Of a DNA stretch of 64,000 nucleotides, positions 28,835 to 38,556 are shown piece by piece (position 1 is the stretch's first letter; every line of letters begins with the position of its first letter). The notes under the pieces were generated by a model that had not been told where the DNA came from, searched no databases, and saw only the letters and a program-made list of their open reading frames with translations. Position numbers and translations under genes: made by a program. This DNA is from Candidatus Binatia bacterium (GTDB lineage: Bacteria; Desulfobacterota; Binatia; HRBIN30), in the NCBI GenBank assembly GCA_044450645.1, contig JBIOJG010000018.1, forward strand, positions 30,825 to 94,824. Reading direction: 5' to 3'.

Positions 28835-29515
28835 ATGCTACGGATGTACCTTAAACAACTCGAGCTCGGACCGATGCAGAATTTCGTCTACGTCGTAGCT
28901 GATCCGATCACGCGCGAGGCCGCGGTGATCGACGCGGCCTGGGACATCGATCGGATTGTCCAGATCGTCGAGCAGGACGACCTGCAACTAAAGGCTGCGC
29001 TGGTAACGCATTTCCATCCAGATCATCTCGGGGGCGACTTCATGCAACATCACATCCCCGGGGCGGCCGAATTGCTGCAACACAACTTGCCGATCAAGGT
29101 GTGGGTCCACAAATCGGAAGCCGATTTCGTCGGCCGCATTGCGGGTCTTTCGCCCTCCGATCTGGTACGGACCGATGGAACCGAGGAGCTCAAGTTGGGC
29201 GAGCTCAGCATCCGCATGTTGCACACCCCCGGGCACACCCCCGGCTCTCAGTGTTTCCTCGTCGATGGCCGATTGATTTCCGGCGACACCCTGTTCATCG
29301 GCTCCTGTGGCCGCGTCGACCTCCCCGGCAGTGATCCGGCGCAGCTGTACGACAGCCTGGTGAACAAGTTGAAGCGACTGCCGGACGACACGGTTCTCTA
29401 TCCTGGCCATAACTACGCCGACCGCGTCACGTCGACCATTGGCGAGGAGAAGCAGCACAACCTCTACATGCGCTTCAACCGGCTCGAGGATTTCTTGGGC
29501 ACGATGGGGTACTGA
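28835..29515 (+). CDS. Metallo-beta-lactamase-fold hydrolase (glyoxalase II-like)
   Basis: 'THFHPDH', 'TPGHTPG', 'GDTLF', 'PGH'. Confidence 0.9.
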   Translation: MLRMYLKQLELGPMQNFVYVVADPITREAAVIDAAWDIDRIVQIVEQDDLQLKAALVTHFHPDHLGGDFMQHHIPGAAELLQHNLPIKVWVHKSEADFVGRIAGLSPSDLVRTDGTEELKLGELSIRMLHTPGHTPGSQCFLVDGRLISGDTLFIGSCGRVDLPGSDPAQLYDSLVNKLKRLPDDTVLYPGHNYADRVTSTIGEEKQHNLYMRFNRLEDFLGTMGY

Positions 29516-29524
29516 ACTGAGTAC

Positions 29525-29890
29525 ATGGCCACACTGATCGAAAAGCCGACTATCATTCAGGCCGCGGGAAACACGCCCAAGCGAATTGAGGAGTTCGTGG
29601 GGCGCGTCAACAGCGGGACGGAGCGAGTCAGCATCGCCCGCATGAAGAGCCCGCAGGGATGGGAGGAGCCGGGCCAAGAACCGGAATTCGATGAGTTCAC
29701 GGTGGTGACCTCGGGGATGCTTCGCGTGGAGACGAGGGGAGGTGTGCTGAACGTTCGCGCCGGGCAGGCAGTGCACGCACCAGCGGGAGAGTGGATTCGC
29801 TACAGTACACCTGAGGCGGGCGGAGCTGAGTACATAGCCGTGTGCCTACCGGCCTTCTCGCCGGCTACAGTTCACCGAGACGACGGCTGA
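29525..29890 (+). CDS. Cupin-domain protein
   Basis: 'SPQGWEEPGQEPEFDE', 'YIAVCLPAFSPATVHRD'. Confidence 0.82.
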   Translation: MATLIEKPTIIQAAGNTPKRIEEFVGRVNSGTERVSIARMKSPQGWEEPGQEPEFDEFTVVTSGMLRVETRGGVLNVRAGQAVHAPAGEWIRYSTPEAGGAEYIAVCLPAFSPATVHRDDG

Positions 29891-29910
29891 ACAACCGTCA
29901 CGGACTGGCA

Positions 29911-32811
29911 TCATGACTCGATCTGGTCAACAGCACTCGGCCCATCGCTCACGAAGTCACCGCTGACCTGCAGGGTCGCGATCTCAAACGGACGCAGTTG
30001 CAGCCTCAGTGCGCCATCACGTAAGCGGCGCATCCTGATCCGCACCGGCCGCTCGAGAAAGTTCACCGCCCGAGCCCGTCCGGCGTGGAAGAATTCGACG
30101 ATGCCAGTCTGCGCCCGCGATGACGCGTTGTAGCAACGGATCACATACGCCCCGTTGCGCTTCGCTGGCGTCACCGCGCTCACGACGATGTTCGGGTTCC
30201 CGCAACGAAAGAGCGCCGCCCCCGCCGGCAGTGAGCCGGGACGCGCATCGGTCACGAGGGCAATGGGCGGATGGGCAAAGTTGTGTGCCTGTGTGACGAC
30301 GCCCGCCGACTCCCAATCGCCGCTGTACGTCGTCAGCGCATACTCGAAACGGTGCGGCCCCTGCGACTGCGCCTCCGGAGTTTCGAGTCCGGGACCCGCG
30401 TGCCCGTTCCGCCAGCGCAGGTCGCCCCGCGACAGCCACCCGACGGCACGAATCAAGGTGAGGACGATTTCCGTCCCTCCGTCGGTGCGGAATACCTCAA
30501 CCTCAGGAATGCCGCGGTTGAATAGCGCGACTCCCCGTCGTCCGTCCTGAATGCAGGTGAACGTCTTCTGCGGCACGGTACCGATCGGACGCTCCACACT
30601 GCCCTCCGGCTCGAGGTCGAGGGCGCGCTCCACTGCTCCAAACGCCTGCTCCATGAAAGCGGAGCCCACCGTCAGCGGCGTCTGGAAATGCACCCGGAGC
30701 CGATGATCGGCGGCGGTGTTGTCGATGCGGGTTTCGAAATCCACCCGCTTGATGCCGGCGTAGAGATGGATTCGCGTGGTGATAGGTACCGGCACCAACT
30801 CGCTCGAACGCGCGTCGCGGTCCGCTTCGAGTCTGCGTGGGATGAGGTACGTCTGATCGACTGTCAACGTCGCCACCACCGAATTGCCGGTATCGATCGT
30901 GACCGTCGGGCGTGACGCCGGAGCCATCACCGCTTGCGGCGCCGCTAGCGGGTCGAAGTTGTATTCATCGCCGCGATCGCCTTCGTCCACGAACCAGTTG
31001 CAGCGCTGCAGCACGAGGTTGGTCTCCTTGTCCGTTATGCTCAGTGCACCGTCATCGTCGACCGAGATCCGGTAGTAGTGGTTTTCAATGCCGCCGCCGG
31101 TGGCGATGAACGGTGAGGCAGCCGCTTCTCTCGGTCCATCCGTCCGTCGCCGCAGGGCAAAGACCTTGAACCCGTGGCCAGTGAGCTCGGGCGCAATAAA
31201 GGTCGCGCGCGCCGGCGCACCGGTCTGCGCCCGAGCGGAAATGATGCGGAGCGTGGGATCATCGAGCATTGCCAACCACTGCTTGCGCAGAGCCGGCACG
31301 TCGAGTCGGCCGCGCAGGGCGCGATCCATGGTGAGAACGACCGAGAGGCGGTCGCCTTGGCGCTGAAAGGCCGCGTCATTGATGAAGAAGCCGAGAAACT
31401 CGCGTGTCTGAATCGCCAACACGTGCGGCCGAATCTCATCCGGTGGCAGCTCGGCGGCAAACAGCACCTCGCCGGCCTCGGCCTGGAGGAAGATCGGGAT
31501 CTCGCGGCCCCTTTCGTCTTGCAGAACGAACGACGACGCTGGGTCTGCATAGATCTCCGCGCGCACGACACTGGGGCCGGCGGTGTTCGAGTTGTAGACG
31601 CACAGCGCCGGGTCCGGCGCTGTGCCCGACGTGTCGAGTCGCTGCACCAGGGCGGCGAGCGCCTGCCGCGTTACCTGTTCGCCCACCATTTCGACTTGAT
31701 CGAAGCGGTACTCCATGTCGCGATGCACGGCATCGATCGAGCAGCCGCAGATGCTGTCGTGCGGATGATTCTGCACTGCCATGTTCCACGCCCAATCGGT
31801 AAAATCGGTGAGCCGGCCATTACAGGGCCGGGGCGCCGTCAGGTCGGCCCAGGTGGCAAGCGGCTCGGCGTAGCGCTCCAAGCGGCTGGCGTTGTAAAAA
31901 TCGCGCTGCTTCTGCCGCACGCGCGCGGACGTGACACCGGGAAGCAGGTGGGCACGCAGGGGGCTGCGTAGCTCGCCCCGGTGGGTCTGTAGCTCGTCGT
32001 GCTCGGCGCGTACACGCTCGATGAAGCTGCTCAGCGATGTAATCTCGTAGCTCAGCCCTTCACTCCCGCGGGTGGCCGCCGCCAGCAGGCCGGGTAACGT
32101 TGCCTGTGCCTCCTGGTGATCGGTCCCGTTCATCAGGAGCAGCGATTGCACCCGACGATACGGCGCCTGTTCCGCCACGATGGCGGCCAGACGCTCGCGC
32201 ATCTCGCCGGCAGCCTCCGGCAGGCCGCGTCCGTTGGAGTAGCCGGAATGCGGCAGGTAAACGGTGAAGACGCTGGTGCCGTCGGGTGCTTCCCAGGTGA
32301 ACAGGGTGCGGGTGATGCCCGCTCCGACGCCACGCCACACCACCGCGCAATCAATTCCGAATCCGGCCAGGATCTGCGGCATCTGGGCGATGTGCCCGAA
32401 CTGATCGGGCAGGTAACCGACTTTCAACGGCGTACCGAACTCCGCCGCCAGGCGATGGCCGATCTGCAAATTGCGGATGAGCGACTCGCCGGTGACCAGA
32501 AATTCGTCCGGCAGCACATACCACGGCCCGACCGCAATCCGCCCCGTGCGAATCAGCCGACGCAAGCGGGCGCGATTCCGTGGCCGAATGTCGAGATAAT
32601 CCTCGAGCACGATCGTCTGGCCATCGAGGTGGAAGTGTGTGAAGTCGGGTTGGCCTTCCAGCGTCTCTAGCAGGCGGTCGATCATGCGCACCAGCCGGCT
32701 GCGGAATTGTTGAAACGGTTGGTACCACTCGCGATCCCAGTGCGTATGGGGAACGACGACCAGATGGACCGGCAGTGACCTGTTCGTCTCAGGCTGCGGT
32801 TCGGCGTGCAT
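29911..32811 (-). CDS. Glycoside hydrolase family 38 (alpha-mannosidase/mannosylglycerate hydrolase-like)
   Basis: 'VPHTHWDREWY', 'LDGQT', 'GYLPDQFGH', 'HPHDSICGCS'. Confidence 0.92.
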   Translation of the reverse strand: MHAEPQPETNRSLPVHLVVVPHTHWDREWYQPFQQFRSRLVRMIDRLLETLEGQPDFTHFHLDGQTIVLEDYLDIRPRNRARLRRLIRTGRIAVGPWYVLPDEFLVTGESLIRNLQIGHRLAAEFGTPLKVGYLPDQFGHIAQMPQILAGFGIDCAVVWRGVGAGITRTLFTWEAPDGTSVFTVYLPHSGYSNGRGLPEAAGEMRERLAAIVAEQAPYRRVQSLLLMNGTDHQEAQATLPGLLAAATRGSEGLSYEITSLSSFIERVRAEHDELQTHRGELRSPLRAHLLPGVTSARVRQKQRDFYNASRLERYAEPLATWADLTAPRPCNGRLTDFTDWAWNMAVQNHPHDSICGCSIDAVHRDMEYRFDQVEMVGEQVTRQALAALVQRLDTSGTAPDPALCVYNSNTAGPSVVRAEIYADPASSFVLQDERGREIPIFLQAEAGEVLFAAELPPDEIRPHVLAIQTREFLGFFINDAAFQRQGDRLSVVLTMDRALRGRLDVPALRKQWLAMLDDPTLRIISARAQTGAPARATFIAPELTGHGFKVFALRRRTDGPREAAASPFIATGGGIENHYYRISVDDDGALSITDKETNLVLQRCNWFVDEGDRGDEYNFDPLAAPQAVMAPASRPTVTIDTGNSVVATLTVDQTYLIPRRLEADRDARSSELVPVPITTRIHLYAGIKRVDFETRIDNTAADHRLRVHFQTPLTVGSAFMEQAFGAVERALDLEPEGSVERPIGTVPQKTFTCIQDGRRGVALFNRGIPEVEVFRTDGGTEIVLTLIRAVGWLSRGDLRWRNGHAGPGLETPEAQSQGPHRFEYALTTYSGDWESAGVVTQAHNFAHPPIALVTDARPGSLPAGAALFRCGNPNIVVSAVTPAKRNGAYVIRCYNASSRAQTGIVEFFHAGRARAVNFLERPVRIRMRRLRDGALRLQLRPFEIATLQVSGDFVSDGPSAVDQIES

Positions 32812-32937
32812 GCTTGTCACTCCTATCAAGCCGGGATCGGCGCATTATACTCGGAGCCCGCGGCGATGGAACCAAAAGGCCGTGCGGGTCGCCGCTCTTC
32901 AAAGGAGCGCGAGAATTCCACAGTAAGAGAATGTTCC

Positions 32938-34365
32938 TTGACTTCCACCACCGAATTCGATGACGTGGCGCAGTTTATGGAGGGTGACCCGCCTGCATAT
33001 CTGTGGACTGTCGAGGCTGCTGCCGGCGTACGGCAGCAGCGCTCGGCCCTCGTCCGGACGATTTGGGCACTCTCCTGGCCGGTCATCCTAACCTTCCTGC
33101 TCGAGTCGCTAGTCGGTCTGATCGACACGCTCATGGTAGGTCGGCTCGGCGCGGCCGCCGTGGCCGCCGTCGGAATCGGAGCGCAGATTCTCTCTGCGGT
33201 CAGTGTCGCCATGACCGCCGTAGGCACGGGCACGCTGGCCCTCGTGGCCCGGCACATCGGGGCACGCCAAGAGGCTGACGCCAACCAGGTACTGCGCCAG
33301 TCGATCATCACTGCGTTCGGCCTTTCGGTCGTTGCGATAATCCCGGTGATCATATTTGCATCGGAAATCGTCGGCTTGTTTGGCGTCGAAGCGTCGGTGG
33401 TCGCGCAGGGCGGCGATTTTGTCAAGCTGGTCATGTTGTCGATTCCCCAATCGGCGGTCCTGTTCGTCATCGGCTCGGCGTTACGCGGCGCGGGGGATAC
33501 ACGAACGCCGTTGTTCATCGGTGTCATCGTGAACGTCTTCAATATCGTCGGCAACTACGTCCTGATTTTTGGAAAGCTCGGATTGCCGGCCCTGGGTGTG
33601 CGTGGATCGGGGCTGGCGACCACTATCGCGTTCACGGTTGGGACCACGGTGGGCCTACTGCTACTGGCGCGCGGCAGACTCGTCTTAAGGGTCACGCTTC
33701 ACCCGCTCCGCCTGGACATGAAGACGATTCGCCGGGTGCTGGCCATCGGATACCCGGCTGCCGGCGAACAGATGATCATGCAGATCGGATTCTTCTTCTA
33801 TCTTGCCTTCGCTGCCCGCTACGGCACCAGCGCTGTGGCGGCGTACTTCATCGGGGTGCGGATCCTGGCGCTGTCATTTCTTCCCGGCTACGGCTTCGCA
33901 GCAGCCGCAGCGGCTCTGGTAGGACAGAATCTCGGAGCGGGGGATCCCGTGCTTGCCGAACGGAGTGGATGGGAATCGAACCGGCTGGCAATGTACCTGA
34001 TGTCCGTCTGCGGTGTCATCATTTTCTTTGCAGCGCGGCCGATCGCAGCGATGTTCGTCGATGACGCACAGGTGATCACCGACGCGGTTTCGTTCATTTG
34101 TACGCTGGCTGTTGCGCAACCGCTGATGGGCGTCGATTTCACCATCGGGGGCGCGTTGCGGGGGGCCGGCGACACTCGTTTTCCGCTCTTGGCCGTGTTC
34201 GTCGGTTTCTACGGCTGTCGGCTGGCGTTTGCGTACGTTGCGGCCGTGGTTCTGCACCTGAGCTTGCCATGGGTCTGGTTTGCGTTGATTGGAGACTACC
34301 TCGCCCGTGCCATCCTCAAAGCCTGGCGCTTCCACAGCGGGCGCTGGAAGCATATCGCATTGTAG
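32938..34365 (+). CDS. MATE family efflux transporter
   Basis: 'IDTLMVGRLG', two 'LRGAGDTR.P' repeats, ~12 hydrophobic segments; start uncertain (32938 or 32977). Confidence 0.9.
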   Translation: MTSTTEFDDVAQFMEGDPPAYLWTVEAAAGVRQQRSALVRTIWALSWPVILTFLLESLVGLIDTLMVGRLGAAAVAAVGIGAQILSAVSVAMTAVGTGTLALVARHIGARQEADANQVLRQSIITAFGLSVVAIIPVIIFASEIVGLFGVEASVVAQGGDFVKLVMLSIPQSAVLFVIGSALRGAGDTRTPLFIGVIVNVFNIVGNYVLIFGKLGLPALGVRGSGLATTIAFTVGTTVGLLLLARGRLVLRVTLHPLRLDMKTIRRVLAIGYPAAGEQMIMQIGFFFYLAFAARYGTSAVAAYFIGVRILALSFLPGYGFAAAAAALVGQNLGAGDPVLAERSGWESNRLAMYLMSVCGVIIFFAARPIAAMFVDDAQVITDAVSFICTLAVAQPLMGVDFTIGGALRGAGDTRFPLLAVFVGFYGCRLAFAYVAAVVLHLSLPWVWFALIGDYLARAILKAWRFHSGRWKHIAL

Positions 34366-34456
34366 TTGCGTAGTCCTGGCGCAGATCATAAAATTCTGCT
34401 TGACGCGTTGGCCTTACTACTTTACCCTTTCAGCGCGGATCTGCGGAGGAAATGCG

Positions 34457-35137
34457 ATGACTCAAAAGGGGCTACTCGTTCTTACCATCGCGGCATTGCT
34501 CAGCATTTTCGAATCACGCGCCACCCTCGGTGACGTCCGCAGAGAACAGACGGCGCGCCGGCCGTACATCGTGGAGATTGGCCAGCCGTACGCCATCAAT
34601 GCACACCGGCTGCAATACGAAATCGAGCACATCAGCGAATTGAACGAATACGTCACCAACTATGGCTATCCCGATTACGCGGAGATCCAAGACACCTCGC
34701 CGGAATGGCCGTGGGAAGCATATGAAGTGCGCCTGTATTATTTGCAGCCGAACCGGGAAACGGATTTCAGTCCCGTTATCCTCTCCCCAGCAGCACCGAA
34801 CTTCGGCGTCCTGAGATTCCGGGGCGAGATCACTCCTGAAAAGCGACATGAGGTAGAACTGGTCCTGCAAGCGCGGGAAAAGCCGGCAGTGTCACCGCCG
34901 GTTACTGCGGCACCACCGGTTGCTGAGGCACCGCCGCCGGCAGTCGCAGCCCCAGCTCCGGAGCCCGCCGCCCATGGATTGACAGAGGCCTTGGTGGCAC
35001 GCATCGAAGCCGCCGCAGAACGCTCGGCACAAGCAGCCGATCGGGCAGCGGCAGAGAGTGACGCAGCGGTACGCTCAGCGGATCGGACCACCAGCATCGT
35101 CGAAAAATTGGAAACGCGCGCCGCCACCCAGCGGTAA
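34457..35137 (+). CDS. Secreted hypothetical protein with Pro/Ala linker and C-terminal alanine-zipper-like coil
   Basis: GGAGG RBS, signal peptide, 'YGYPDYAE', 'AAAERSAQAADRAA'. Confidence 0.7.
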   Translation: MTQKGLLVLTIAALLSIFESRATLGDVRREQTARRPYIVEIGQPYAINAHRLQYEIEHISELNEYVTNYGYPDYAEIQDTSPEWPWEAYEVRLYYLQPNRETDFSPVILSPAAPNFGVLRFRGEITPEKRHEVELVLQAREKPAVSPPVTAAPPVAEAPPPAVAAPAPEPAAHGLTEALVARIEAAAERSAQAADRAAAESDAAVRSADRTTSIVEKLETRAATQR

Positions 35138-35344
35138 ACCCGCCCGCACCGTCGAGGGGATTACCTGCGTCACTCGTAAGGAGGAAGCAGGGCCGATTCC
35201 ATCCTTCTGGAAACTGATTCGCTCCAAAGCCTGATTGTACTGAAATCGCGACAAATTCGACCTAGAATTAGGGAATTCGCATGCGCACCTGATTCGTGAG
35301 GCGTGGCACCCCGGTTGCTTTGTGTCGAGGTTAGGAGGGGACCG

Positions 35345-35500
35345 ATGGATGTGCTGACGTCGAAGGAAAGGAATCGAACGGTCGAAGCACGCTGCGTAGT
35401 ATGTGGCGGCCGTCTCATTACCGGAACCCTGTGCGAGCCGTGTAAGCATGGTCGCATCAGTTCACGGGAATATGCCGAGATTTTTTGGGAGGAGGCGTAG
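35345..35500 (+). CDS. 51-aa putative zinc-ribbon protein
   Basis: AGGAGG RBS; 'CVVCG...LCEPCK'. Confidence 0.6.
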   Translation: MDVLTSKERNRTVEARCVVCGGRLITGTLCEPCKHGRISSREYAEIFWEEA

Positions 35501-35607
35501 CAGTCTGGGGCTTGCCTATTGAGCCTTTCGCAAGAGTTGCGGTTCCTGTTGCTGAAGAGTACAAGGATGTCGAACGGTAGGCGTCGCGCGCACCGACGCA
35601 ATGAGTA

Positions 35608-36651
35608 ATGGATCAACCAGCCAGTTCCATTGGTCCGTATGATGCCAGCTCTTCCCCCGGCCTGACGACGGCGGCTGATTCTCAGCCGCTGCAGCAGCCT
35701 TCGGACACAGAACCAAGTCGTTCGGATCGCCATCTCCTCAATCTCTCGCCAGAGGTGCTGGCGGAACTGCACTGGATCGCAAGCGAAGGAAGTCCAAGCT
35801 TGAGTCGACACGCCCGTATCATTCTCGCCAGGAATGAAGGGCGGCCACTCAGCGAAATCTCGCACATTCTCGATGTTGATCGAGCCACGGTTCGGCGATG
35901 GCTTTTGCGCTTCGAAAAGCACGGGTTGCAGGGCTTGATACATGCCTCGACCGGGAAGAGCAGGAAGCGACGATTCAACGATGCGGTACGCGATGCCGTC
36001 GCTCGTCTCGCGATGGAGTGTCCGGCGACAGTCGGCGAGACCTTCGCGCACTGGTCGCTGCGTCGATTGCAGGCCCATTTGATTCGACGGGGCATCATAC
36101 AAGAAATCAGTGTCGAAGGCCTGCGGCAGATTTTGCGCGGGCTACCCTTGCCCCAGGCTTACTGGCGACGCGGCGAGGAGCCCTTTGCTCCGCTAAGCAG
36201 CGAAGTGCAGCGCGGGCTCGATGTGTTGGCACGCGAGGCACGCCCCGAAATCGCCCGCCGCGCACGGGTGGTGCTGGCAAGAAGCCGCGGCTTGAGCGAG
36301 GTCGAGATCGCCAGTGCGCTTGGCATCGGGCGCAGTTGCGTACGCAGGTGGCTGCAGCGGTTCCAGCGGCACGGTATGCTCGGTTTGCAGATGGCGCGGC
36401 GCTCATCGCGTCCTTTGGTTTTCACCACTGAGGTGCGTGCAGCCATCGTCCGACATGCGTTGATGGATCCGAAGCAGCTGGGTATCATGCAGCCCCGATG
36501 GTCGCTTCGGAGCCTACGAAGCGCGCTGATTCGCCAACGCGTCGTCCGTAAGATCAGTATCCAGCATTTGGGGCGCATTCTCGCCGAGGCCGGCGTGTCT
36601 TTCCGCGGCGGCATGCCCGTCCCCGAAGCCCGCGTGCCAGCCAGCGGCTGA
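35608..36651 (+). CDS. Protein with two tandem IS630-type HTH/winged-HTH modules and no DDE domain
   Basis: Repeat 1 'ARIILAR..TVRRWLLRFEKHGLQGL..HWSLRRL..ISVEGLRQIL'; repeat 2 'ARVVLAR..CVRRWLQRFQRHGMLGL..RWSLRSL..ISIQHLGRIL'. Confidence 0.75.
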   Translation: MDQPASSIGPYDASSSPGLTTAADSQPLQQPSDTEPSRSDRHLLNLSPEVLAELHWIASEGSPSLSRHARIILARNEGRPLSEISHILDVDRATVRRWLLRFEKHGLQGLIHASTGKSRKRRFNDAVRDAVARLAMECPATVGETFAHWSLRRLQAHLIRRGIIQEISVEGLRQILRGLPLPQAYWRRGEEPFAPLSSEVQRGLDVLAREARPEIARRARVVLARSRGLSEVEIASALGIGRSCVRRWLQRFQRHGMLGLQMARRSSRPLVFTTEVRAAIVRHALMDPKQLGIMQPRWSLRSLRSALIRQRVVRKISIQHLGRILAEAGVSFRGGMPVPEARVPASG

Positions 36652-36755
36652 GACGGCCCGGACCCTTCTTTCTCGTCTCGCAGAAACGCAGTTGATTTTT
36701 CCCGAGGTTCGGCACCTCTTGCCTCTTCGATGCCGCTGGGGCTACTAACTTCTTG

Positions 36756-37637
36756 ATGGATATGCTCACCGGCTACGTCGTGTTCCATTGGATTGCCACC
36801 TGGGCAAATCCGTTCTGCGATATCGTGTTTCGCACGGCGACTGACCTCGGCTATCACACCTTCTACTACCTTGTGCTCGCACCTCTCTTCTGGGTCGTGG
36901 ATCGCCGACGTGCCAGTATTCTATTCTTGCTCATCATCGGCTCTGGCTTTCTGAACACGGTTGCCAAGCTGTTGGTCCACACCCCACGGCCCGACCCACA
37001 CCTGGCGCGCGTTCTCGACTTTCGCCCGTACCAGACCGGCAGCAATGCGTTCCCAAGCGGCCACGCGCAGAATGCCGTGGTCTTTTGGACCTACCTCGCA
37101 TGGTGGGTGGGGCGCCGCTGGTTCTCGGTACTGGCAGCAGCCATGGTGGCGCTGATTTCCTTTTCACGCCTGTACTTGGCGGTGCATTTCCCGATCGACA
37201 TCATCGGTGGCTTGGCGCTCGGGGTCGTGTTGATGCTTGTCCTTCCGCCTGTGCTCGAACGGTGGTCCCGAGCCGAGTTCCGGTTGACCCGCGGAGCGAG
37301 CATCGCTGCGGTGGCTGGCTCCATCGTGCTGGTGATCCCGGTCACCGACCTCACACTAGCCCTCATCGGTGGCTCCTTCATCGGTTTCATGGCCGGCACA
37401 GTGTGGCTGCCACAGTCGCCGTTGCTCTTCAGAAGTACGGCGCAAATGTCCGCAGTCGTCGCCGGTGGATTGGCGCTCCTGGTTGGCCTCAGCGTGGCAT
37501 TCGACTCCTTCCCAACCACCGTTCCCGTATTCCTGTATGCACGTGTCGTCGTGCTGTGGATCGTCGCTTTCTGGCTCTACCCGCAAGCACTCCGCGGAAT
37601 TGCAGGAGTGCAACCTGTGCCCGTGCGATCTGAATGA
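36756..37637 (+). CDS. PAP2 family membrane phosphatase
   Basis: 'KLLVHTPRP', 'FPSGHA', 'SRLYLAVHFPIDI'. Confidence 0.9.
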   Translation: MDMLTGYVVFHWIATWANPFCDIVFRTATDLGYHTFYYLVLAPLFWVVDRRRASILFLLIIGSGFLNTVAKLLVHTPRPDPHLARVLDFRPYQTGSNAFPSGHAQNAVVFWTYLAWWVGRRWFSVLAAAMVALISFSRLYLAVHFPIDIIGGLALGVVLMLVLPPVLERWSRAEFRLTRGASIAAVAGSIVLVIPVTDLTLALIGGSFIGFMAGTVWLPQSPLLFRSTAQMSAVVAGGLALLVGLSVAFDSFPTTVPVFLYARVVVLWIVAFWLYPQALRGIAGVQPVPVRSE

Positions 37638-38527
37638 TGCGTGCCGACCAGATCACCACTGCAGTGGTCCGGCAAGGACTCGAGCGGGCGCGCTACCTCA
37701 CCACCCCCCGCGTCGAAACCGTTTTGTACCTGGCCTTGGTGTTGGAAAAGCCGCTGCTGATCGAAGGGCCGGCCGGGGCCGGCAAGACCGAAATCGGCAA
37801 GGTGATGGCCGAGATCCTGCGCACCGACCTGGTGCGTTTGCAGTGCTACGAAGGGCTGGATGAAGCCAAGGCCTTGTACGAATGGAACTACCAGAAGCAA
37901 CTGTTGCGCGTCCAGACGGATCGCACTCAAGACCTCGACTGGAGCGCGGTCAGCCAGCACATCTTCTCGCGCGAGTACCTGCTGGAGCGGCCACTCTTGC
38001 AGGCCATCACCACACCGCACAAGGTCGTGCTCTTGATCGACGAGGTCGACAAGGCGGACGAGGAATTCGAAGCCTTCCTCCTCGAGGTACTGAGTGAGTT
38101 TCAGGTGAGCATTCCCGAAATCGGCACCATCACCGCCCAGCAGCGTCCCGCCGTCGTCTTGACGTCCAATCGGGCACGGGAGCTCTCCGAGGCACTCAAG
38201 CGGCGCTGCCTCTACCTTTACCTAGACTTCCCTGGCCTCGATATTGAGCGGGAAGTCATTCGGCTCAAAATCCCCGAACTCGGCGAGCGCTTGCGCGACC
38301 AAGTGGCTCGCTTCATCAACAGCCTACGCAAGCTCGACCTGCGTAAGACACCGAGTATCGCCGAGACCCTCGACTGGGCACGGGCCCTTCGGGCGCTGGG
38401 CATCAAGGAACTGGATGTCGGCTCCGTGCGCCAGACCCTCAGCCTCGTGCTGAAACACGAAGAGGACCTGCGTAAAGCGGACACCAAGATCAGCTCGATG
38501 CTCGCCGCCAGCTCGCGCCAAGCATAA
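37634..38527 (+). CDS. MoxR-family AAA+ ATPase (CoxD-like)
   Basis: 'EGPAGAGKT', 'RLQCYEGLD', 'LLIDEVDK', 'ALKRRC'. Confidence 0.9.
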   Translation: MMRADQITTAVVRQGLERARYLTTPRVETVLYLALVLEKPLLIEGPAGAGKTEIGKVMAEILRTDLVRLQCYEGLDEAKALYEWNYQKQLLRVQTDRTQDLDWSAVSQHIFSREYLLERPLLQAITTPHKVVLLIDEVDKADEEFEAFLLEVLSEFQVSIPEIGTITAQQRPAVVLTSNRARELSEALKRRCLYLYLDFPGLDIEREVIRLKIPELGERLRDQVARFINSLRKLDLRKTPSIAETLDWARALRALGIKELDVGSVRQTLSLVLKHEEDLRKADTKISSMLAASSRQA

Positions 38528-38556
38528 CAGCCCCCCTCGCAGACGGAAGGCCCGGT

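Noticed and set aside
35608-36651. Active IS630 transposase
   Set aside because: No DDE domain, frameshifted orfB or evident terminal IRs
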